Origin: Candidatus Altarchaeum sp.
GTDB taxonomy: Archaea > Altiarchaeota > Altiarchaeia > Altiarchaeales > Altiarchaeaceae
Direction: 5' to 3'
Assembly: GCA_018260615.1 (NCBI GenBank)
Contig: JAGWDQ010000038.1
Location: 1 to 10,877, forward strand
Length of the DNA stretch: 10,877 nt
The translations under genes and the position numbers were made by a program. This document shows positions 1 to 6,347 of the stretch, one piece after another. Each line of letters begins with the position of its first letter. Position 1 is the first letter of the stretch. A model generated the notes under the pieces. It did not search any database. It worked only from the letters and a program-made list of their open reading frames with translations, and had not been told where the DNA came from.

Positions 1-173
1 AGATGATTTAAAGTTGTGATTTTTATTTTCATTTATTTAATATCCAAAATTTAATCATTTATTTACTTTAAATTATAATTATTTATTTTGTTTATTTATT
101 TAAATTTATTAATTTAATAATATCCGAAATTAATTATTAACCAAAATAACAGAAATAAAATTTCATCCAAAAT

Positions 174-292
174 GAGTATATACGCAACAACTGCGGATTT
201 CATGCCAAATCGGAGTTATATACGCAATGCTGATATCATGCCAAATCAGGAGGATATGTGCAATAACTGCGGATATAACATGTTATACGCAA
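174..292. repeat. Three degenerate ~32-39 bp tandem repeats built from attC-like arm fragments, ending in GTTATACGCAA
   Basis: Units 174-212 gagtatatacgcaacaactgcggatttcatgccaaatcg, 213-249 gagttatatacgcaatgctgatatcatgccaaatcag, 250-281 gaggatatgtgcaataactgcggatataacat, then gttatacgcaa 282-292. ATAACTGCGGATA (263-275) matches ATAACAGCGGATA (3094-3106) at 12/13; GTTATACGC (282-290) is identical to 2325-2333. Confidence 0.7.
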
Positions 293-366
293 TTGACTTC
301 GGGACGGATTTAACTTTAGAATCACAAAAAACATTTATTAACTTTAAAAGTTAAATAAATTAAAAA

Positions 367-2055
367 ATGAAAACAAAAAATTCTAAAACAGGAAAAAATA
401 AAAATTTAATTAGTAAGATATTTGTATTTTTGGTGGTGTTATTTATAAGTAATTTGATGATAGGGTCAGTTATTGCCAAAGACGACCCTGGCTGTAAGTT
501 GAGTGCCATAGCAGCTGGATGGTACTGTGCGTACGACGGTAATACATGCAAAAGCAAAGGAAACATATGTGAACTACAAGGAACAAGCACAGTGAATTAT
601 TGGTGTAAATGTGTGAAAAAGAGCAGTACGGGTACGGAAGGTTGTGCAGCAGTATATGTAGATGACAAAACCTGCTATGTGTCTGCCCCACAAGATATTC
701 AATATGTAATCCCAGACACAGATATAATCATCTGGACGACTCATGTTACTCTCCCACTGTGTTTAGGAGGGGGAACTATAGATTCAAATACTTCACAGGT
801 AGAGTTTAACCTTTCCTTTAAAAACAATATTTCTGAAATTGTACCGTTTACAATAACAGGTTATCGTGCCACATGGCAATCTGTGGATATTCAAGGAATA
901 TCCACTGGCGTAAACTATGAGACACTAAACTCTAATTATAATTCTAGTGGATTTTTCAATAGAACAACTGGTCAAATTATTTCATCCTTTTCGACAATTA
1001 TCACAAACGATATATACACCACAGAAAACCCAATGATAGCTCGAGGGTATATAATAGGCACAATTAATTGTACTAATAACATTACGACAATCCAGTATGA
1101 TGGAACACTTGAATTTCCCTATGATGAAACAATTCCATCATCCGACGATTGCGAAAAGAAAATTGAAGAAATTAAACATAAAGAACTATTGACTGTATAC
1201 TACCTTCCACTTCGTGATGCAGTAGATAAAGCATATATCCTAGCAGACTACAACTTCAACGACAACGCTGCGGGTTTCATAGGAACAATTGAAGTTACAA
1301 ACACCAATGATTATCCTGTAACTATAATCATTGACCCGAGCAATCTTGAAGGTTATGTTGTTGTCAGCGAGCAAAATAGAACAATAGATAAGATAACTGG
1401 TCCACTAGTTAATGTAAGTGATAAAGGTATAACTTACAAACCAGCAATCAATGTAACTCTTGGTCCTCATGGTAGTCCAAATGATACCGTAAAACTTGGC
1501 ATTGTAGGTCATTGTATAGGTCCATATGATATAACTCCGGGGTCTGGAAATCTTCCTGTTATCTCCCCAGTTGAGGTTACACCTATTGACCCAAGATTCA
1601 ATACAACAAAAGATATTGTTGAGTTTACCAATAATATCACATATCCTGAAGATTTTACAAATATAGAAAAAGGAGTTGCAGGTTCAATTATACATCTTGC
1701 AATCACAAATCAAAGTGTAACTCCAGAACAATTCCTGTCCATTTACCCAGATGTGAATATAACTGATAAAATTATACCGTTTGTCAATGAGACATTAAAT
1801 GAGAAAGGTATAAGTACAGAAGGTGTGCCATTACTCACAGAAACGGGAGTTAAAAAAGAACCGGCTCCAGTAACAGTGCCAGAAAAACCTACGGAAGAAT
1901 TTCCTTTGATATCTATAATTATTGCTCTATTGGGGGTTGGATTAACTACTTTAGGGCTGATAAAAAAGAACAAAGCACTAATAGTAATTGGAATTGTCCT
2001 TCTTGGCGTATCAGCTATGCAGTACAGTATGAGTCCGATGCCTTTTTACAGGTAG
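367..2055 (+). CDS. Secreted, C-terminally membrane-anchored Cys/Thr/Asn-rich surface (glyco)protein, 562 aa, function unknown
   Basis: Long ORF. Basic N-region plus hydrophobic signal ending in SVIA; Cys at 43, 54, 61, 68, 80, 82, 93, 103, 132; many N-x-S/T sequons (NLS, NSS, NRT, NVS, NVT, NDT, NTT, NIT, NQS, NET); P/T/E linker (EPAPVTVPEKPTEEFP) then two hydrophobic segments separated by KKNK. Confidence 0.8.
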   Translation: MKTKNSKTGKNKNLISKIFVFLVVLFISNLMIGSVIAKDDPGCKLSAIAAGWYCAYDGNTCKSKGNICELQGTSTVNYWCKCVKKSSTGTEGCAAVYVDDKTCYVSAPQDIQYVIPDTDIIIWTTHVTLPLCLGGGTIDSNTSQVEFNLSFKNNISEIVPFTITGYRATWQSVDIQGISTGVNYETLNSNYNSSGFFNRTTGQIISSFSTIITNDIYTTENPMIARGYIIGTINCTNNITTIQYDGTLEFPYDETIPSSDDCEKKIEEIKHKELLTVYYLPLRDAVDKAYILADYNFNDNAAGFIGTIEVTNTNDYPVTIIIDPSNLEGYVVVSEQNRTIDKITGPLVNVSDKGITYKPAINVTLGPHGSPNDTVKLGIVGHCIGPYDITPGSGNLPVISPVEVTPIDPRFNTTKDIVEFTNNITYPEDFTNIEKGVAGSIIHLAITNQSVTPEQFLSIYPDVNITDKIIPFVNETLNEKGISTEGVPLLTETGVKKEPAPVTVPEKPTEEFPLISIIIALLGVGLTTLGLIKKNKALIVIGIVLLGVSAMQYSMSPMPFYR

Positions 2056-2237
2056 ATACCCTGCGGTGAATAGTAGGAAAAAATGAACGGTTGAAAGAAT
2101 CAGAGAAAGCATCAGAAGAATTTTGATTTGTGTTGCTACGGTGGCTGCGAGAATATTGGCTATTGTGGGTATTTACAAGATAATTAAGAAGTAGAAAAAT
2201 TAAGAAAGTGATTATATTTAGTGTCCCTTCGTCAACA

Positions 2238-2333
2238 GCGTATAACAAAGGATATCCGCGGCGGGCTATCGCCCTTGCACTTCGTGAAATTGCCCTATCG
2301 GGCAACTTCGGATACCCTTATTCCGTTATACGC
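2238..2333 (+). repeat. attC-like imperfect palindrome (site 1)
   Basis: GCGTATAAC (2238-2246) and GTTATACGC (2325-2333) form a perfect 9-bp inverted repeat with AAC/GTT cores. Inner arms AAGGATATCCG (2248-2258) and CGGATACCCTT (2309-2319) pair 10/11. Internal hairpins gggc-tatc-gccc and ttgccc-tatc-gggcaa. Core-to-core length 92 bp, within the known attC size range. Confidence 0.7.
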
Positions 2334-2354
2334 CATTTTAGGCAAATAAATATT

Positions 2355-2360
2355 AGGAGG
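2355..2360 (+). promoter_or_regulatory. Shine-Dalgarno AGGAGG of the cassette ORF
   Basis: AGGAGG 8 nt before ATG 2369. The starts at 367, 3824, 6348 and 9374 have A-rich leaders with no comparable SD. Confidence 0.75.
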
Positions 2361-2368
2361 ATAAAAAT

Positions 2369-3046
2369 ATGAATGATATAATATCTATTATTTTAGGGAT
2401 TTTAGCGTTTATTTTAGCGTTTGCAATTATGGTGGGGTTTGTACTGTTACCTTATACCTTAATTGAGTGGCTTATTTTTAAATACAAAAAGGGGGAATAT
2501 TTACGACAACTCTCAATAGTAATAAACAGCCAAATAGATGCCTCTTTCTGGATGATCTTTCGGAATTCGAGCGCAAGTTTAAAAGGGGAATGGGATGGTA
2601 AAAAAATTGAAGTTAAATTATACTATCGTCTTAGATTCATGCGTTACGAATCCCCACAAATTGAAATTTGCCTTTACCATATTTTTCCCTGTCAGGTGTC
2701 AATATGTCGCAAGGATTTTCCTCCTGACTTTTTAATGACCGAGTTTTACTTCCGTGAAGAAAAAATAAGTACCGGTGATTTGCAATTTGACAAGAATTAT
2801 GAAATTTTATCCGATAGTGAACTAAATGCTAAAACCTTCTTAACTTTAAAACGCAGGGAGATCATACAACGCCTTTTTACTCAAAAAAACATTAAAAGTG
2901 TAAGTATATACGCGAGTTATGTAAAAATAACTTTTAAATCTTTTTCCGGATCCAAAAAATTTGAAAATATTTTGTCTTCAACAGAATTTCCCGAAGTCCT
3001 AATAGATATTAAGAGATTGACTGATGAATTGGAGGATAGTAAGTAA
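2369..3046 (+). CDS. Hypothetical membrane protein, 225 aa: N-terminal TM helix plus a soluble domain resembling DUF3137-like proteins
   Basis: SD plus ATG; hydrophobic stretch IISIILGILAFILAFAIMVGFVLLPY. The segment TGDLQFDKNYEILSDSELNAKTFLT resembles the D-x-x-F-(D/E)-x-x-(F/Y)...A-x-x-x-L-T pattern I recall from DUF3137-like proteins; that family assignment is tentative. Confidence 0.7.
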   Translation: MNDIISIILGILAFILAFAIMVGFVLLPYTLIEWLIFKYKKGEYLRQLSIVINSQIDASFWMIFRNSSASLKGEWDGKKIEVKLYYRLRFMRYESPQIEICLYHIFPCQVSICRKDFPPDFLMTEFYFREEKISTGDLQFDKNYEILSDSELNAKTFLTLKRREIIQRLFTQKNIKSVSIYASYVKITFKSFSGSKKFENILSSTEFPEVLIDIKRLTDELEDSK

Positions 3047-3091
3047 TTTTTGCGAGAGAGATATTTTATCAAATATATGCCCCAAAACAGT

Positions 3092-3171
3092 GCATAACAG
3101 CGGATAAAAGAGAAATCATGGATTTCCCAAAATTGCCTTCAGCAACTTCTTTTATCCGCAAACCGTTATCT
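3092..3171 (+). repeat. attC-like imperfect palindrome (site 2)
   Basis: GCATAAC (3092-3098) and GTTATCT (3165-3171) cores. Perfect 12-bp inner arms GCGGATAAAAGA (3100-3111) and TCTTTTATCCGC (3148-3159). Internal hairpins gaaatc-atg-gatttc and ttgc-cttca-gcaa. Length 80 bp. Confidence 0.7.
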
Positions 3172-3401
3172 GAAATACCAAACCCCACATTTGAAAAGAA
3201 AATCTAATAAAGAGATTATTATAAATATATTCTAAATACCTGATTTTCAATCTTATCAATGTTTCATCAAATCCCAAATTAATGAAAATTTCATTGTTTT
3301 TTCTTTTTTCTACAAAAGTACAGAAAGTATGTATTGAATGTGGTTTGCATTGCATAGTAAATCTTAAAATTTTTACAAAATAAGAGCGAAAATGTTTTCT
3401 G

Positions 3402-3434
3402 TCTAAATTTATTGTTAATATCTAAATTTATTAT
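3402..3434 (+). promoter_or_regulatory. Probable archaeal TATA-type promoter of the displaced tgtA 5' end, with a tandem TCTAAATTTATT motif
   Basis: TCTAAATTTATT at 3402-3413 and 3421-3432. TTTATTAT (3427-3434) lies at -26 to -19 from ATG 3453, consistent with a leaderless or short-leader archaeal promoter. Confidence 0.45.
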
Positions 3435-3452
3435 CGTTAAAGTTCACCAAAG

Positions 3453-3751
3453 ATGAAAATTTCGTTTGAAATAAAAGACAAGGACATCACCTCACTTACG
3501 TTCACTTCGTTCGTGTATTTACAAAATGCTTTGCATTTTGTAAGATTGAAAATCTTGTAGATTTTCAGTATTTCAAATCTCTGCGATTTAAAAAATCTCG
3601 CAGATTTTTTAAAGATTGAAACCGAAGGTTTCAGTATTTTGAAAATCGTTCGGAGATTTCAGAAACAAGTTCTGAAATTGCGGGAAGGATTGGAAATCCG
3701 GAGATAAAGAATGAGAATAACAACATAAGCAAAACCATAGAAACACCCGCA
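3453..3751 (+). pseudogene. tgtA: Truncated, interrupted copy of the first 36 codons of tgtA
   Basis: 3453-3487 reads MKISFEIKDKD(I) and 3680-3751 reads AGRIGNPEIKNENNNISKTIETPA, versus MKISFEIKDKDIAGRIGKLEIENENNSMKKTIETPA at 9374. Split by a 191-bp insertion that gives a TAG at 3558-3560. Homology stops after codon 36. Confidence 0.9.
3488..3678. repeat. 191-bp composite palindromic (REP/BIME- or MITE-like) insertion made of short hairpins
   Basis: Hairpins: ttacaaaatgc-ttt-gcattttgtaa (3519-3543), tgaaaatct-tgt-agattttca (3547-3567), tttaaaaaatct-cgc-agattttttaaa (3587-3613), tgaaacc-gaa-ggtttca (3617-3633), atttcagaa-acaag-ttctgaaat (3656-3678). Removing it rejoins the tgtA-like sequence gacat|tgcg. 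Boundaries are ambiguous by a few bp. Confidence 0.85.
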
Positions 3752-3779
3752 TCAATACAGAATGCTTTTTGTTTTCCCA

Positions 3780-3816
3780 TCTAAATTTATTATACTTAAA
3801 TTTATTATACTTAAAT
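3780..3816 (+). promoter_or_regulatory. Probable promoter of mod: 15-bp tandem duplication TAAATTTATTATACT
   Basis: TAAATTTATTATACT at 3782-3796 and 3797-3811, plus a partial TAAAT. Each copy contains a TTTATTAT(A) TATA-like box, just upstream of ATG 3824. Confidence 0.45.
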
Positions 3817-3823
3817 CAGTAAA

Positions 3824-6337
3824 ATGAATCAAAAAGAAAAAGAGTTTTTTAAAATACTGGAAAATATTTTTATAGGAGCAAAAATAGAGGGAAATTCTGC
3901 ATCCGGATTTATAAATTTAATGAAAATAAAATCATCTTATTTTGAATGGCTTTTTGAGGATTTAACTAATGAAATTAACGAAAAAACAAAGAACTTTCCG
4001 GAGTTTAAAGAGGAAATGTTTGATAAGCTTTACAGTTTCTTTAAAACATATTTTTCCGAATCTGGAAGCATATATTTTAGTTATACTCCGTTAAAATCAA
4101 ATGTTTATGAGAGGGTCTATACAAATCAAAAAGATGTTGCTTTATTTTGGAAAACCCACATGCTTTATTATGTTAAAACAGACAAATTGTGGAAAGACAT
4201 GACTATTGATTTTGATAATAACGGAATTTCTTATAAAATTCATTTTGATGTTTCCAAATTGGAATATAAAAAAGCCAATGAAAAAAAGAATACAATTTAT
4301 GAGTTAATGACTATAGATAATAAGGAAATTACATTCGGTGTTTTATATTCTGAAAGAGGTAAAGTAACCAAAATAGACGAAATATTAAAGGAATTTAAGA
4401 GGAAAAAAATATTTCCTGATGAGGAAAATCTTAATAAAATTTTTAGAATTTTTGAGAAACAAAACGAAGTGGACTATTTCATTAACAAAAATGCAGAGCA
4501 GTTTTTAAAAGAGCATTTTAATTTATGGCTGAAAAGCTATTTGTTAGATGATGAATCGGATTATTCGGAAAAGCGACTGAAGCAGTTAAAGGTCCTGAAA
4601 GAAATTGCTTATACAATTATTGATTTTGTTGCACAGTTTGAGGATGAACTTGTGAAAATCTGGAACAAACCAAAATTTGTTAAAAACAGTAATTATGTAA
4701 TTACATTAGACAGGATAAAAGACGAAAATCTGACTGAAAAAATTTTAAATCACAAAAACATTGAAGAACAGATCAAAGAATGGAAGGAATTAAACATAAT
4801 TGAGAATGATTTTGATAAAAGCAAAATTTTAGAGAATAATTTAACAGGAAAACATTTATCTAAAAAATATGAGCATTTGCCGATTGACACAAAATATTTC
4901 AAGGATTTGGAACTTGAAATTTTAGGATTATTTGATGACCTTGATAATTCTTTGGACGGCTGGCTGATAAAGAGCGAAAACTATCAGGCATTAAATACAA
5001 TCCTGCCAAAGTTCAAAGAGAGAGTGCAGACAATTTATATTGACCCGCCATTTAATTTGGATTCTTCCGACCAGTTTTTATACCGCACAAACTACAAAGA
5101 CGCTAACTGGGCGACTTTGCTTGAAAATAGATTAAAGTTAGCAAAAGATATTTTGGATAAAAAAGGAAGCATTTTTGTCAGATGCGATTATAACGGGAAT
5201 TGGATTGTGAGATGTTTGATGGATAGCGAGTTTGGGAAAGAAAATTTTAGGAATGAGATTGTTGTAAGAAGATTTAGAAAAAATGTGATGGAGAAAGAGA
5301 TAAAGAAATTACCCGAAGGTATAGACACTATTTTCATCTACTCATTAACTGATAAGTTTAAATATCTTCATCCTTACAAAGCAAAAGCACAAAGAAGAGA
5401 GGGATTTTGGAGACACATGGGAGATTCAAGCGGACAGGGCACTTCCAAGATATTCTTTGGCAAGGAATTATCTCCGCCTAAGGGCAAACATTGGAAATAT
5501 TCGCAAGAAAAAATAAATCAGATGATTGAAGAAGGAACTCTAATCCTTGTGTGTAGTAATTGTGGTTATCAACACGATAAAACAAAAGAGGATTGGAGAG
5601 GATGCCCTAATTGTAAAGAAGATAAATTTATTCCTAAATATTGGGTGGATGCAGGGGAAGAAGAGGTTTTAGATTCTAACTGGACTGATTTGTATGGTTA
5701 TTCTACGGGTTGGCAATTTCAAACCGAAAACTCCGAAATTCTCCTAAATCGTGTGATGAAATCCACTTCCAACGAAGGCGATCTTGTTATGGACTTCTTT
5801 CTCGGCTCTGGCACAACAACCGCAGTAGCACATAAACTTGGCAGAAAATGGATTGGAGTTGAGATGGGAGAACATTTTTATAGTGTGGTTTTGCCAAGAA
5901 TGAAAAAGGTCCTGGCTTATGATAAATCCGGAATTTCAAAGGAAATCAAAGAATATCAGGGCGGCGGATTTTTCAAGTATTTTGAACTGGAACAATACGA
6001 GGATACTTTAAGGAGAGTAATTTATAAAGAAAGTCATCCATTTATGAATTTTTCTGACAAAACAACAATTTATCAGCAATATGTTTTCTTAAATGATTTA
6101 AAAATGTTAGATGCAATAGAGTTGGACCACAAAAATAATAAGATTAAGATTGATTTTTCAAAAATTTATCCGGACATTGATCTGGCAGAAACGATTTCAT
6201 TAGTAAGCGGGAAGAAAATAAAGAAAATAGAGAAAGATGGAGTTATTATTGAAAAAGATGAAAACACAACCGGGAAGATAAATTTTGATAATATTCCTTT
6301 CAGTTTAATCAGGCCGTTAATCTGGTGGACAAAGTAA
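3824..6337 (+). CDS. mod: Type III restriction-modification methyltransferase (Mod), beta-class amino-MTase, 837 aa with a long N-terminal extension
   Basis: Catalytic motif IV IYIDPPF (DPPF 5042-5053) precedes SAM-binding motif I DFFLGSGTT (from 5792), the beta order, with a target-recognition region between them. Directly upstream of a Res-type helicase/nuclease. Confidence 0.92.
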   Translation: MNQKEKEFFKILENIFIGAKIEGNSASGFINLMKIKSSYFEWLFEDLTNEINEKTKNFPEFKEEMFDKLYSFFKTYFSESGSIYFSYTPLKSNVYERVYTNQKDVALFWKTHMLYYVKTDKLWKDMTIDFDNNGISYKIHFDVSKLEYKKANEKKNTIYELMTIDNKEITFGVLYSERGKVTKIDEILKEFKRKKIFPDEENLNKIFRIFEKQNEVDYFINKNAEQFLKEHFNLWLKSYLLDDESDYSEKRLKQLKVLKEIAYTIIDFVAQFEDELVKIWNKPKFVKNSNYVITLDRIKDENLTEKILNHKNIEEQIKEWKELNIIENDFDKSKILENNLTGKHLSKKYEHLPIDTKYFKDLELEILGLFDDLDNSLDGWLIKSENYQALNTILPKFKERVQTIYIDPPFNLDSSDQFLYRTNYKDANWATLLENRLKLAKDILDKKGSIFVRCDYNGNWIVRCLMDSEFGKENFRNEIVVRRFRKNVMEKEIKKLPEGIDTIFIYSLTDKFKYLHPYKAKAQRREGFWRHMGDSSGQGTSKIFFGKELSPPKGKHWKYSQEKINQMIEEGTLILVCSNCGYQHDKTKEDWRGCPNCKEDKFIPKYWVDAGEEEVLDSNWTDLYGYSTGWQFQTENSEILLNRVMKSTSNEGDLVMDFFLGSGTTTAVAHKLGRKWIGVEMGEHFYSVVLPRMKKVLAYDKSGISKEIKEYQGGGFFKYFELEQYEDTLRRVIYKESHPFMNFSDKTTIYQQYVFLNDLKMLDAIELDHKNNKIKIDFSKIYPDIDLAETISLVSGKKIKKIEKDGVIIEKDENTTGKINFDNIPFSLIRPLIWWTK

Positions 6338-6347
6338 AAACATCAAA

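Larger units (their letters stand above)
2326..3165 (+). mobile_element. Putative integron-like gene cassette (single ORF between two attC-like sites)
   Basis: Runs from the G|TT of site 1 to the G|TT of site 2. Holds one co-oriented ORF starting 35 bp after site 1 and stopping 45 bp before site 2, with no obvious room for a promoter. No integrase in the window. Confidence 0.6.

Noticed and set aside
174-292. CRISPR array
   Set aside because: The units are degenerate and adjacent, with no unique spacers and no cas genes.
268-293. Xer dif site (TGCGGATATAA-CATG-TTATACGCAAT)
   Set aside because: The spacer between the TAA and TTA arms is 4 bp rather than the 6 bp of dif sites.
172-354. 60-aa ORF from the track
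   Set aside because: It is mostly the translation of the tandem repeat block (ADFMPN/ADIMPN), with no recognisable domain.
360-2305. Minus-strand ORFs 360-590, 470-691, 1509-1706, 1743-1973 and 2015-2305
   Set aside because: Short antisense shadows of the 562-aa gene or of attC-like site 1, with no motifs.
3242-3254. 13-bp inverted match (GATTTTCAATCTT) to 3542-3554 of the hairpin element
   Set aside because: An isolated AT-rich match with no partner arm nearby; chance is plausible.
3152-3355. 67-aa minus-strand ORF
   Set aside because: No recognisable motif, and its end overlaps attC-like site 2. It could be a gene remnant but I cannot support that.
3824-6337. Phase-variable mod (phasevarion)
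   Set aside because: No simple-sequence-repeat tract or long G/C homopolymer is seen in or before the ORF.
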